Below are positions 18,396 to 28,731 of a stretch of 64,000 nt of DNA, piece after piece (positions within the stretch are counted from its first letter, which is position 1; each line of letters starts with the position of its first letter). The position numbers were made by a program, and so were the translations under genes. The notes beneath the pieces are model-generated. The model was not told the origin of the DNA. It ran no database searches and worked only from the letters and a program-made list of their open reading frames with translations. Where the stretch lies: NCBI GenBank assembly GCA_038061925.1, contig JBBTYD010000005.1, positions 13,477 through 77,476 on the forward strand, in the 5' to 3' direction. This DNA is from Patescibacteria group bacterium. Its GTDB lineage: Bacteria > Patescibacteriota > Minisyncoccia > Phycocordibacterales > UBA9973.

Positions 18396-19593
18396 ATCTG
18401 TCTAAAATTTTTACAAATCTTTTTTTGCCTATTTTAAATTTTTGTCCAATCTCTGGTATAAAATTTACATCCACTATTTTTTCATTAGTATCTAGGTTCG
18501 TAATTGCTACTCCGTTAACTAGTCTTCGAAAATCTCCCTTAGAAAAAACTATTTTCCCTTGCACTAACAAATCCATTAAGGTTTCTTTTTCTCGACTCAA
18601 TTTTAATTCTATCATTTTTTCTGGAATTTCTTTCTTTTGAAACGTATTAGAAAAATTTTCCTCAGCTTCCCGAGCTTTCTTTTCTCCATGATAAAAAGAA
18701 ACTATTTCTTTGGCTAATCTTTTTTTAAAGATCATTGGATTCTGTCCTGACTGTACTTTATTTTTCATCTCTTCTATTTCACTCATAGGTACGCGCGTCA
18801 CAAGTTCAAAGTAATCAAAAATTACATCATCGATTATAGACATTATTTGTCCGTACATTTCATTTGATTTACCTGAAATAGGTATAAAGTTTTTTAAACT
18901 TTTTCCCATTGGTCGTCCATCAGAACCAACCAAGAGCTTTAGAACAACCGCGCATTGAGGTATAAGGTCGAAAGAAGACATTAAACGTCGTCCAGCCAGA
19001 AGGTTAAATGTTTGGTCAGTTCCTCCAAGTTCAACATCACAATCAAGCGCGACAGAATCATATCCTTGCATAAGAGGATATAAAAATTCATCTAGGCCAA
19101 TAGGTTTGCCAGATTTGTAACGAAACATAAAAGTTTCACGATCAAGCATTTGAGAAACCGTAAATTTTTTAGTTAAATTTATAATATCATTAAAATTTAG
19201 ACCTTTTAACCACTCTGAATTATGTCTTATTTCGGTTTGGCTTTTTATGACAGTTTTAAAAAATTGATCTTTATATGTTTTTTCCATTTTTTTTACATTT
19301 TTAAGATTTATTTCCCGGCGCATATCAATTTTATCTGAATGATCACCTACTAAAGTGGTAAAATCGCCTATTATAAGCGTAACTTTATGCCCAAGTTCTT
19401 GAAAATCACGAAGCTTTCTATGAATTACTGAATGCCCAAGATGCAAAAATGATCCGGTTACATCAGTCCCAAGTTTAAAATGTAATTGCTTGCCACTTAA
19501 AAGTTTCTTTTTAAATTCTTCCCTGGTAAAAATTTCATGAACCCCACGGTTAAGTAATTCATCTATTTTATTTTCATCTGTTATCACTTTCAT
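18394..19593 (-). CDS. tyrS: tyrosine--tRNA ligase
   Basis: HLGH, YPLMQGYDS, GGTDQTFN, MGKS (KMSKS-like), C-terminal S4 domain. Confidence 0.96.
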   Translation of the reverse strand: MKVITDENKIDELLNRGVHEIFTREEFKKKLLSGKQLHFKLGTDVTGSFLHLGHSVIHRKLRDFQELGHKVTLIIGDFTTLVGDHSDKIDMRREINLKNVKKMEKTYKDQFFKTVIKSQTEIRHNSEWLKGLNFNDIINLTKKFTVSQMLDRETFMFRYKSGKPIGLDEFLYPLMQGYDSVALDCDVELGGTDQTFNLLAGRRLMSSFDLIPQCAVVLKLLVGSDGRPMGKSLKNFIPISGKSNEMYGQIMSIIDDVIFDYFELVTRVPMSEIEEMKNKVQSGQNPMIFKKRLAKEIVSFYHGEKKAREAEENFSNTFQKKEIPEKMIELKLSREKETLMDLLVQGKIVFSKGDFRRLVNGVAITNLDTNEKIVDVNFIPEIGQKFKIGKKRFVKILDR

Positions 19594-19629
19594 TATTCGG
19601 ATAATAACATACTTTTTGATATAATTCTA

Positions 19630-22149
19630 TTGATGAAAAAATTGATCAAGAACCGGAGACTTTGGAAAAATATAATACTACTTACGGCTGGTGTCTTTAT
19701 CTTAATGACTGGAATAATCATTATTTGGCTCTCTTCTATTAAAATTCCCGATTTTCGTTCTTTTGACGATAGAAAAATTAAAAATTCCACTAAAATATAT
19801 GATCGGACCGGAAAAATCCTGCTTTATGATATACACCAAGACATAAAAAGGACAGACATACCGGGAGAGGCGATGGGGGTAAATATCAAAAACGCCACCG
19901 TCGCTATTGAAGATGCCGAATTTTATAATCACGGTGGAATAAAAATCAGTTCTATCGTTCGCGCTATATTATCGAATATCTTTGGCGCCGGTCGCACTCA
20001 AGGAGGTTCAACCATCACTCAACAATTGGTAAAAAACACTCTTCTAACTTCGAAAAAATCTTATACCCGAAAAATAAAAGAGTGGGTCTTGGCGATTAAA
20101 ATAGACAACTCTGTCCCGAAAGATAAAATTCTGGAATATTACTTAAATGAAGCCCCTTATGGCGGAAATATGTACGGAATAGAACAGGCAAGCAAGACTT
20201 ATTTTGACAAGAATGTGGCGGATTTGACGTTGGCCGAAGCCGCGTATTTAGCGTCGATTCCACAATCCCCCACGACCCTCTCGCCTTATGGAAAAAACAA
20301 AGATAAATTAAACGCTAGAAAAAATTTAGTGCTTTCGAGAATGCTGGAGCTCCATTTTATAAAAAAAGAAGAATATGATAAAGCAAAAAAAGAAGTGGTA
20401 ACTTTTGTTCCACAAGTAACAACTGGAATAAAAGCGCCTCATTTTGTTTTTTTTATTAAAGATTATCTGGAGCAAAAATACGGCAACGAAAGGATAGAAA
20501 AAGGCGGACTCAAAGTTACCACGACGCTTGATTATGATTTGCAATCAAAAGGAGAACAAATAGTGAAAGAGGGTTCTTTGCAAAACGAAAAAAATTGGAA
20601 TGGGAAAAATGCCAGTCTGGTGGCAATCGATCCAAAAACTGGACAAATTTTAACAATGATCGGTTCCCGAGATTATTTTGATAAAGAAATAGATGGAAAT
20701 TTTAATGTGACAACCGCTTCCAGACAACCCGGTTCATCCTTTAAGCCGTTTATTTACGCCACCGCCTTCAATAAGGGCTTTACCCCAGATACAATCCTCT
20801 TTGACCTGCCGACGGAATTCCAAACAACCTGTGATGCTTATGGCAAGGCGTTGCCAAAACATAATCAAAAAGACTGTTATATGCCAAACAATTATGATGA
20901 AAAATATCGCGGGCCGATGATGTTGCGAGACGCCCTGGCGCAATCAATCAACATTCCAGCGGTAAAACTTTTTTATTTAGCCGGACTGCCTGATTCATTA
21001 AAAACAGCGCAAGATATGGGTATAAGCACTCTAGGCGAGAGCGGTTTATATGGACTGACGCTTGTAATCGGAGGCGGAGAAGTGTCTTTACTTGATCTAA
21101 CCTCGGCTTATGGAGTTTTTGCAAATGATGGTTTAAGAAACCCATATACTGGAATTTTAAAAGTTGAAGACGGAAGTGGAAAAATTTTAGAAGAATTTAA
21201 TCCAAAGACGGAAGAAGTTTTACCTAAAAACACTGCGTTGACAATAACGGATATTTTATCTGATGAAAAAGCTCGCGAGCCGACCTTTGGAATAAATTCG
21301 GTTCTTTATATTCCTGGCAAAGAGGTAGCGGTAAAAACTGGAACAACAAATAATAATAAAGACGCTTGGACTATTGGCTACACCCCGTCTATGGTGATAG
21401 GTGTTTGGGCCGGCAATAATGATAATGTTCCGATGAAAAAGGGCGGCGCGGCTGTCGCCGGACCCATCTGGAATAAATTTATAAATGAAGTGTTAAAAAC
21501 CTTGCCGAATGAAAAATTTGAAAAACCAAATTTAGATATTGATCCTAAAATGGTAAAACCGGCGCTCCGTGGAATTTGGCAAGGAAACGAAAACTTTTTC
21601 ATAGACAGAATTTCTCAAAAACTAGCGGGTCCAAATACTCCTAAAGAAACTACGCAAGAGAAAGTGATAACAAATGTGCACTCGATTCTTTATTGGGTGA
21701 ATAAAAATAATATAACCGGAGTGCCGCCAACAGACCCGTCTAGCGATTCGCAATTTAACCATTGGGAAATACCCGTCCAAAATTGGTGGACGCAAAATAG
21801 GGAAAGATATAGAATAACAACTGAGAATGACAAACCCAATATGATAGACGATGCGCACACCGACGCGTCAAAACCAATCGTTTCAATCATTGAACCAAAC
21901 ATAAATACAACATATTCGCCCAATCAAAAAATAAATTTGAGAATTTCAAGTTCCGGCCCGTATCCTCTTCTTAAAATTGAGATCTTTATAAATGACACAT
22001 ATTTGGGAACCTCTCAAGCCCCTTTTATTTTTTCTTTCACTCCTTCTGAATTAAAAAACTTGCAAACAGATAACGAACTAAAGATAATCTCTTATGACAG
22101 CATATATGATAATAACGAAACAACTTTAATGTTTAAAGTGGAGCAGTAG
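19630..22149 (+). CDS. class A penicillin-binding protein (PBP1A family)
   Basis: EDAEFYNHGG, GGSTITQQLVKN, RKIKE; SSFK, SIN and KTG transpeptidase motifs; C-terminal Ig-like domain. Confidence 0.95.
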   Translation: MMKKLIKNRRLWKNIILLTAGVFILMTGIIIIWLSSIKIPDFRSFDDRKIKNSTKIYDRTGKILLYDIHQDIKRTDIPGEAMGVNIKNATVAIEDAEFYNHGGIKISSIVRAILSNIFGAGRTQGGSTITQQLVKNTLLTSKKSYTRKIKEWVLAIKIDNSVPKDKILEYYLNEAPYGGNMYGIEQASKTYFDKNVADLTLAEAAYLASIPQSPTTLSPYGKNKDKLNARKNLVLSRMLELHFIKKEEYDKAKKEVVTFVPQVTTGIKAPHFVFFIKDYLEQKYGNERIEKGGLKVTTTLDYDLQSKGEQIVKEGSLQNEKNWNGKNASLVAIDPKTGQILTMIGSRDYFDKEIDGNFNVTTASRQPGSSFKPFIYATAFNKGFTPDTILFDLPTEFQTTCDAYGKALPKHNQKDCYMPNNYDEKYRGPMMLRDALAQSINIPAVKLFYLAGLPDSLKTAQDMGISTLGESGLYGLTLVIGGGEVSLLDLTSAYGVFANDGLRNPYTGILKVEDGSGKILEEFNPKTEEVLPKNTALTITDILSDEKAREPTFGINSVLYIPGKEVAVKTGTTNNNKDAWTIGYTPSMVIGVWAGNNDNVPMKKGGAAVAGPIWNKFINEVLKTLPNEKFEKPNLDIDPKMVKPALRGIWQGNENFFIDRISQKLAGPNTPKETTQEKVITNVHSILYWVNKNNITGVPPTDPSSDSQFNHWEIPVQNWWTQNRERYRITTENDKPNMIDDAHTDASKPIVSIIEPNINTTYSPNQKINLRISSSGPYPLLKIEIFINDTYLGTSQAPFIFSFTPSELKNLQTDNELKIISYDSIYDNNETTLMFKVEQ

Positions 22150-22157
22150 TAATTATC

Positions 22158-23255
22158 TCACCTATTCATCGGCATAATGAGATAAATAAATGACGAATCA
22201 GAAACTGGAGATATGACTAACGGGCTCGATGCCCCGGAAAATCTGATGGACATACTATCGGTGGTGATTGACTGGAAACAATCTAAAAAATATTTATAAT
22301 TAAAACCAAGCTCAATATTTTCTCCTGTTAGAGCCGCATCCAAATATGTTTTATTTTCTCCAATATCATTATTAGCAGATGATAGTTCAAAAATTTTTTC
22401 GGGTGGAGTAATTTTTAAATTGACTTGGTTAAATTTATCAGAAAAGATATTAGAAATTTTAAGCGCATTTAGTAAATCTTGCTTGAGCACTACAGCATTA
22501 GTCTCCGAGGTTTTGGGAATAATCTGACGATAATCGGGGAAAACTCCATCAATTACCCGGGAAGTCAGATAAACATTATTGGATGAAAAAGAAATTTGGT
22601 TTTTATTAAAACATACTTTTAAGATGGACGAAGACTCCCCAAAAACTTTCAGTATTTCTGAGATATTTTTAAAGGGGATAAGGATCCTGAGAGTTTCAGG
22701 AAGTCCTTTTATTTTAATTTTTTTCTCCGCTAACCTAAAGGAATCAGTAGAAACAAATACTAAATTGTCTTCGTGGGCATACATAAAAACACTTGAAATT
22801 TCGGGCTTTATATTAGATGGAGAGGAGCTGTAATAAACCGATTTTATGCCATCTATTAATTTTTTTGATTCTATTTCAAAATTCATTCCAGAAACTATCG
22901 GAATTGTCGGAAAATCATCATATGGCTGACCTTTTAATTTTATCTTGCTTTTTTTTGTTTGGATAATTAGATTACCATCAGCGCTTTCAAGATAAACATT
23001 TTCATTTTGAAAAACATTAGAAAAAACACCATTTAACACACTTCCAGAAATAGCCAGGATTCCTTCTTTTTCTATTTTGGCGGGAATTTCAACTTCAATC
23101 CCAAGACTTAAATTTGTAGATCGAAGTTTTAAAGACTTACCAGAAGCAACTAAAAGAATTGAACTTAAAACAGGCAGGGTTAAATTCTTACCTGTAATTC
23201 TTTCAACTTGGAAAATTTTGTTTTTTATCTCTTCAATTTTGCATTCTAATTTCAT
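22158..23255 (-). CDS. dnaN: DNA polymerase III beta clamp
   Basis: STDSFRLA, DGVFPDYRQIIP, C-terminal YLIMPM; downstream of dnaA. Confidence 0.96.
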   Translation of the reverse strand: MKLECKIEEIKNKIFQVERITGKNLTLPVLSSILLVASGKSLKLRSTNLSLGIEVEIPAKIEKEGILAISGSVLNGVFSNVFQNENVYLESADGNLIIQTKKSKIKLKGQPYDDFPTIPIVSGMNFEIESKKLIDGIKSVYYSSSPSNIKPEISSVFMYAHEDNLVFVSTDSFRLAEKKIKIKGLPETLRILIPFKNISEILKVFGESSSILKVCFNKNQISFSSNNVYLTSRVIDGVFPDYRQIIPKTSETNAVVLKQDLLNALKISNIFSDKFNQVNLKITPPEKIFELSSANNDIGENKTYLDAALTGENIELGFNYKYFLDCFQSITTDSMSIRFSGASSPLVISPVSDSSFIYLIMPMNR

Positions 23256-23269
23256 ATATGTTTATATCT

Positions 23270-23430
23270 CTTATATATAATCTATTATTATTATTATACA
23301 GGTGGATAAGTGGATAAGTGGATTTAATTATTATAACATATGTTTATTTTTAATGATTTTAATTTAATTAAATGGTAATAAAACATTACTTATCCACTTT
23401 GTTTAATTTTTTAATATTTTTTATCCACAA
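23270..23430 (-). promoter_or_regulatory. oriC: DnaA boxes, DnaA-trio-like repeats and AT-rich unwinding region
   Basis: dnaA-dnaN intergenic region; boxes at 23301-23317 (tandem), 23390-23398 and 23421-23429; TAA/TAG triplets adjacent to the tandem boxes on the minus strand. Confidence 0.85.
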
Positions 23431-23451
23431 TTTTTTTTAACTTATTAGTAG

Positions 23452-24792
23452 TCATTTGAACATAATTCTTATCTGTTCTAGTTCTTGGGATAATTGTGGG
23501 TCATTTTTCAGGTCTGCTTTGATTTTTAAACATGAATGAATAACGGTGGTATGATCCTTCCCGCCAAGTTTTTGTCCAATTAAAGGATAGGACACATTAA
23601 AATCTTCTCGTAGCAGATACATCACTATTTGTCTTGCCTTCACTATTTCTTTTTTTCTAGTTTTCTCGTAAATCGAAGACTCGGCCAGCTGATAATGTTC
23701 ACTTACCACCTTTACAACATCTTTTATAGCGATACTTTTCTTTGGTTTCAGGTTATTCTTTAATAAATTTTTAACTTCAAAAAGCGTTAAAGGTCTATTT
23801 TTTAAACGGTATTGACAAACTATAATATTTAAACTTCCTTCCAGTTCTCGGATATTGCCATCTACCAATCCGGCAATATATTCCAATAAATTTTCTTCTA
23901 AATCAACATTAAGCTCTTGTAATTTCACTTTCAAAATCGCCAGACGAGATTCATACTCTGGTTCAGATATATCTACTATCATACCAGCGGCAAAACGAGA
24001 TTTTAAACGGTCGGCTAGTTCTGGGATATAGTTGGGATGTTTATCAGAAGAAAAGATAATCTGTTTATTGTTTTCATGAAAAGTGTTAAAAGTATGGAAA
24101 AGTTCTTCTTGAATTTTTTCCATTTTGCCAATGAATTGAATATCATCAATGATTAAAAGATCATATTTTCGATATTTTTCTTTAAAAGAATTTGCTTTAT
24201 TATTTTGCATTGAATTGACAAAATCATTGGCAAATTTTTCCAAAGTCATATAATGCACCTTTTTATTTGGATATTTCTCTTTGATGGAATTTCCCACTGC
24301 TTGAATCAGATGGGTTTTGCCGAGTCCCGTTCCCCCATAAATAAAAAAAGGGTTATATTTAGTGCCCGGACTGTCTATGATTGCTTGAGAAGCGGCATAG
24401 GCGAGTTCATTAAAAGATCCCACAATAAAGGAGTTAAAATGATAACGTGGGTTTAAGTTATCTTCGGGATTTATATAAAGATCTTTTAGAGGAAGTTCCT
24501 TATTTACATAGGTTTCGTTTTTTACTATCTCTTCCTTGTTATTTTCTATTTTAACAATAGTATATTCTACTGCGCGCATATTTTCATAGGCATCGGCTAT
24601 AGTTTTGGTGATCAGTTTATGATATTTATTTATAAGCCAATCACGAACAAATTCATTTGGCACACCGATATAAATAATACCCGTGTCTTCTTTAATGATC
24701 GATGTATTTTTAAACCAAGTGCTGAAATTTGCCTTAGATATACCCGTCTCGATTTCAACCAAACAATTTTTCCAAAGTTGCTTTGTATTCAT
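23452..24792 (-). CDS. dnaA: chromosomal replication initiator DnaA
   Basis: YNPFFIYGGTGLGKTHL, IDDIQF, RLKSRF, NIRELEG, GGKDHTTV. Confidence 0.99.
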   Translation of the reverse strand: MNTKQLWKNCLVEIETGISKANFSTWFKNTSIIKEDTGIIYIGVPNEFVRDWLINKYHKLITKTIADAYENMRAVEYTIVKIENNKEEIVKNETYVNKELPLKDLYINPEDNLNPRYHFNSFIVGSFNELAYAASQAIIDSPGTKYNPFFIYGGTGLGKTHLIQAVGNSIKEKYPNKKVHYMTLEKFANDFVNSMQNNKANSFKEKYRKYDLLIIDDIQFIGKMEKIQEELFHTFNTFHENNKQIIFSSDKHPNYIPELADRLKSRFAAGMIVDISEPEYESRLAILKVKLQELNVDLEENLLEYIAGLVDGNIRELEGSLNIIVCQYRLKNRPLTLFEVKNLLKNNLKPKKSIAIKDVVKVVSEHYQLAESSIYEKTRKKEIVKARQIVMYLLREDFNVSYPLIGQKLGGKDHTTVIHSCLKIKADLKNDPQLSQELEQIRIMFK

Positions 24793-24887
24793 TGGTTTTA
24801 TACTATACTATTTACAGAGTGTTTGGTACTTGCTAAAAGTTATTAAACTTGTTGATAAGCTGTTGATAATGTTATATACTCCATATT

Positions 24888-25022
24888 ATGTCATTTACAT
24901 ATAAACCTAAAAAAAGGAAAAGAGCTAGAAGTCATGGGTTTTTAGTCCGATCTAGAACTAAAACTGGCCAAAGGGTACTCTTGCGAAGACGCCAAAAAGG
25001 CAGAAAAAGATTGTCTGTTTAA
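24888..25022 (+). CDS. rpmH: 50S ribosomal protein L34 (not in ORF track)
   Basis: [44 protein letters not shown]; canonical position next to dnaA and rnpA. Confidence 0.96.
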   Translation: MSFTYKPKKRKRARSHGFLVRSRTKTGQRVLLRRRQKGRKRLSV

Positions 25023-25035
25023 CATTCTTTTTGGT

Positions 25036-25377
25036 ATGCTCCCAAAAAAGAACAGAGTAAATAAAAAAGAGGTGGATTTTCTTTTTAAGAAAGGCAGATC
25101 TGTTGCCTTCCCAGATTTAACCTTTAAGTTTTTTATGGCGCGCGGGTCTGAAAGTTTAAAATTTTTAAGCCCGCGCGTTTCCGTCATTGTTCCCAAAGCG
25201 ATTGCCAAATTGGCTGTTAAAAGAAATTTATTAAGAAGACTTGGATATAGTATTTTAGAGAAACACATTAAAGAGTTTCCGGCTTCGCTTCTGGGTGTTT
25301 TTATTTTTAAAAAATATCAAGACGATGTTTTAACACTTGAACATGAAATTAAAAACATACTCGATAAAATTAATTGA
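25036..25377 (+). CDS. rnpA: ribonuclease P protein component
   Basis: MLPKKNR, AVKRNLLRR motif, synteny. Confidence 0.92.
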   Translation: MLPKKNRVNKKEVDFLFKKGRSVAFPDLTFKFFMARGSESLKFLSPRVSVIVPKAIAKLAVKRNLLRRLGYSILEKHIKEFPASLLGVFIFKKYQDDVLTLEHEIKNILDKIN

Positions 25378-25558
25378 TTTCTATCAAAAAAATATTTCTA
25401 TTTTTAAAAAACGAAGCTGTGTTTTTTATCCTATTTGTTCAGAATACGCAAAACAGGCCATAGAGAAATATGGCGTGTTTAGGGGTTTTTGTTTGGGATT
25501 TTTAAGAATTTTACGTTGTCATCCATGGCAGAAAAAGCATATCGATCCCATTCCTTAG
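25337..25558 (+). CDS. yidD: membrane protein insertion efficiency factor
   Basis: YQKNIS, CVFYPICSEYA, RILRCHPW, DPIP. Confidence 0.92.
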   Translation: MNMKLKTYSIKLIDFYQKNISIFKKRSCVFYPICSEYAKQAIEKYGVFRGFCLGFLRILRCHPWQKKHIDPIP

Positions 25559-25617
25559 TTTCTCTCTTTTTTCTTGGTTTTCTGGCGTTTTTCTGTATTT
25601 TCATATAGAATGGAATT

Positions 25618-26367
25618 ATGATTTATAATGTCTGGAACGTTCTTTTATATGAGCCATTAATAAACGCGTTGGCTTTTTTAGTTTCAATTATACCTGGTGG
25701 AGATGTTGGTGTGGCGGTTATAGTTCTTACTATTTTAGTCAAATTATTGCTTTTTCCTTTTTCTCAAAAATCCATTAAAAATCAGGTCGCCATGACCATC
25801 CTTGCCCCAGAACTTGAAAAAATCAAAAAAAGTGGAGTCAGCAAAGAAGAACAAGCGCGTCTGACATTTAAACTTTACAAAAAACATAAGACTAATCCTT
25901 TTTCTGGATGTTTTTTAGTTTTAATCCAGATCCCTATTATTTTTGCTCTCTATTATGTTTTCTTTAAAGGTATAAATTTTGAGAGTGGGCTGCTTTATTC
26001 TTTTATCCATATTCCCGTAAAAATAAATATGATTTTTCTGGGGATAATCGATCTCAGCAAGAAAAGTCTTTTTTTAGCGATTTTAGCTGGAATATCGCAA
26101 TATCTTCAGGCGCATTTTATGCCCAAGCTAAACACTAATACTTTTACCTCAGGTTCTTTAGGAGAAAGCTTTGGTAAAAGTATGCAAATGCAGATGAAGT
26201 ATATCTTTCCTTTTCTGGTTACTTGGATTGCTTACAGTATTTCTGGCGCAGTTGCATTATATTGGATTACGAGTAATATCTTTGCGGTGGGTCAGCAGAT
26301 TTATGTGAAGAAAACAGAAAAAATGGTGTTGGATGAAGAAGTAAAGATTTTAATTTCTGAAAAGTAA
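25618..26367 (+). CDS. yidC: YidC/Oxa1 membrane insertase (short form)
   Basis: LTILVKLLLFP, NPFSGC, LIQIPI, LYWITSN. Confidence 0.93.
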   Translation: MIYNVWNVLLYEPLINALAFLVSIIPGGDVGVAVIVLTILVKLLLFPFSQKSIKNQVAMTILAPELEKIKKSGVSKEEQARLTFKLYKKHKTNPFSGCFLVLIQIPIIFALYYVFFKGINFESGLLYSFIHIPVKINMIFLGIIDLSKKSLFLAILAGISQYLQAHFMPKLNTNTFTSGSLGESFGKSMQMQMKYIFPFLVTWIAYSISGAVALYWITSNIFAVGQQIYVKKTEKMVLDEEVKILISEK

Positions 26368-26369
26368 AT

Positions 26370-26858
26370 ATGGATAAACAAGAAATACAAAATTTGATAA
26401 AAAACTTGATTGAAAAAACTGGAATTGTTGTGATAAAAATTACTGTGGCGGAAGATAATGGAGCGAGCACTTGGTTTTCAGTTGAAGTAAACGAACCTCA
26501 TTTTTTTATAGGACATGACGGTGAGGCGCTTTATTCACTGAATCATCTTGTGCGTCGAATTATTGAAGCGAAAGACTCTGCCTCTCTCAAAGAAAAAGTT
26601 AGAGAAGGGTCGGAGATGTCAATTTTGGTTGATATTAACGGTTTTCAAAAAAAACGGGTGGAAAATATCCGCGCCATAGCTTATATGATGGGAGAACGAG
26701 CCAGATATTTTAAATCAAACATAGAAGTTGATCCGATGTCCGCTTTTGAACGTCGGGTGGTGCATGAATTTTTATCCCAGGCTACTGATTTAAAAACGGA
26801 GTCAACAGGCTTTGGTTCTTCTCGCCGAGTGATAATTAAATATATTGGAAATTTATAA
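26370..26858 (+). CDS. jag: Jag/KhpB RNA-binding protein (KH + R3H)
   Basis: IGHDGEALYSL KH motif, PMSAFERRVVHE R3H motif. Confidence 0.88.
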   Translation: MDKQEIQNLIKNLIEKTGIVVIKITVAEDNGASTWFSVEVNEPHFFIGHDGEALYSLNHLVRRIIEAKDSASLKEKVREGSEMSILVDINGFQKKRVENIRAIAYMMGERARYFKSNIEVDPMSAFERRVVHEFLSQATDLKTESTGFGSSRRVIIKYIGNL

Positions 26859-26876
26859 AAAAAGACGGTAACTTTT

Positions 26877-28223
26877 TTATTTGAGTTCTAATTTCCAAAG
26901 AAAAGAATCTTTTTTATTTATAAAAAATAAATAGTTTTCACTTTCATCTAAAGAAAGTTTTACACCATCAACCTCTTCCCCTCCTGGAATGGCCACTGGA
27001 TCGGCGAGCATTGTTCCATTTCCAGTTTTAACATCTATCTTCCAAAGTTGATCGCTAAAAGACACTTCTCCTTGATACCAAGTATCTGGATATAGACCTA
27101 CATCAACTGACTTTGGCGTAGCGCAATAGACAGTATCGCTCCCGCGCGCCCAAACACATTTTTCGGGTAGAGTTTTTATTCCCAACACATCTGAATTTCT
27201 CGTATCTAGGTGATAAACGCCAAGGGATAAATTATTCGATGCATTATTTCCACCATAAAGAATTAGTTTTCCATTGGGACTTTCGAGAGTGGTTAATCCA
27301 TTTATATTACCAAAAATTTTACTTAAATTTTTTCCAGCAGAGTCCATTGTGTACATATGCCCGGGAATACCCGCAGAAGGTTTAGTAGAAAGAGTGATTG
27401 TGTTACTATTCGGCCAAAATGATAGCCATTCAGTAAAAGGAGAATCCAGTATCTGTGTTTTTTTATTATTTAGAAAGTTTAAAATTATTCCAATCATATC
27501 ATTTCCACTGTCAAACAAGTAAAATACTTTTGAAGTATCGGGGGATATGCTTATATCTTTAACATTATTGGGCAAGAAAGATCCCTTAATTTCATTATTT
27601 TCGGTTGTATCTCCTCCTAATAATTCCTTCGGAAGAGTTCCGATAAAAGTTTCTATTGTTTGGTTGTCGGATTTTAAATATCGCATAATCACTGATTCCC
27701 CGTGGTTGCCAAAATAGCTATCGTATACTTTTGGGATTAGTGTGCTTGAGAACTTCCTTTCTTCTATCTTATCTGCGAAAGTTTGGTAAATATTTCCAGT
27801 GGCTTTATCCACATATCTCAAAGCGGGCTTAAATTCGGTTGGTGGCCGAGTCGGTTTTACGGTCTGTTTTTTAATATTTGCCGCAGGAGGGGTGGTGGTT
27901 GGCGTGGCGACCGGTATTTCCATTTCCTTCAGTCTTTCTTTTGCAAAAACCGTAAATCCCGCTATGGGCATAGTTGAAACTTTCGTTAATTTGACAGCTG
28001 GTGTTTCTGTTGCGGGAAGAGGTATATTTGATATATTAATTGGAGGTTTTACAGAGGCAGGTGTTAATTTCGCCCCAAATGGATTAAATTGCGAGAGAAA
28101 ATTTATGCCTGTTTCGTTGTCAACGGGCACCATTGTCCCCGGTCGGAAATATAAAAATCCAAAAATCGCAATTACTGTTAAAATCAAGATTATTATTAAA
28201 AGTATAAAATTTCTTTTGGACAT
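26877..28223 (-). CDS. membrane-anchored hypothetical protein, probable beta-propeller
   Basis: N-terminal TM, Pro/Thr linker, repeated SPD/SPN/WP..blade-like motifs. Confidence 0.6.
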   Translation of the reverse strand: MSKRNFILLIIILILTVIAIFGFLYFRPGTMVPVDNETGINFLSQFNPFGAKLTPASVKPPINISNIPLPATETPAVKLTKVSTMPIAGFTVFAKERLKEMEIPVATPTTTPPAANIKKQTVKPTRPPTEFKPALRYVDKATGNIYQTFADKIEERKFSSTLIPKVYDSYFGNHGESVIMRYLKSDNQTIETFIGTLPKELLGGDTTENNEIKGSFLPNNVKDISISPDTSKVFYLFDSGNDMIGIILNFLNNKKTQILDSPFTEWLSFWPNSNTITLSTKPSAGIPGHMYTMDSAGKNLSKIFGNINGLTTLESPNGKLILYGGNNASNNLSLGVYHLDTRNSDVLGIKTLPEKCVWARGSDTVYCATPKSVDVGLYPDTWYQGEVSFSDQLWKIDVKTGNGTMLADPVAIPGGEEVDGVKLSLDESENYLFFINKKDSFLWKLELK

Positions 28224-28231
28224 AAATTTTA

Positions 28232-28723
28232 TTATGGAAAGGGTGATGTAATTTTATTTGTATTTGAACCAGAATTAGGTACTTGGAATGGAGCAACTGT
28301 AGGCGGAGTTGAAGTGGTTGGAGTGGAAAGAAGCGGTTCAATATCACTCCTAAGCAAGTCTGGATTTATTGTAAAAAGAAGCGCATAAGCACCAAGGGCG
28401 ATAAGAAGTCCCAAGATTGCCCCCATAATCCTTTTTTTGCCAGCTTCTTTATTCCCCGGTAATTCGCTTGTCATATATTCTAATCCACCCACCACAATCA
28501 TTACCACCGACAAAACCGCGCATAGGCCGATAAATAGTTTTATCATTGGGTTCAAATAAGCGCCTAGGCCACTCATGGTATCAACATTGCCTTGGCTATC
28601 GCCAACAGCAGGCAGTGGAGCCAAAAGATGATAGTTTGAAGTTTCCGCGTTTATTTCCAACATTGGACCAAAAAGTCCGATTAGAATGATGATTATTAAA
28701 ATATATTTTTTGTATTTCATCAT
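28232..28723 (-). CDS. TrbC/VirB2-like pilin
   Basis: Signal peptide, then V.MIVVGG.EYMTS...K..GKKRI.GAILGLLIAL.AY.LL.TINPDL. Confidence 0.75.
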   Translation of the reverse strand: MMKYKKYILIIIILIGLFGPMLEINAETSNYHLLAPLPAVGDSQGNVDTMSGLGAYLNPMIKLFIGLCAVLSVVMIVVGGLEYMTSELPGNKEAGKKRIMGAILGLLIALGAYALLFTINPDLLRSDIEPLLSTPTTSTPPTVAPFQVPNSGSNTNKITSPFP

Positions 28724-28731
28724 ATATTAAA

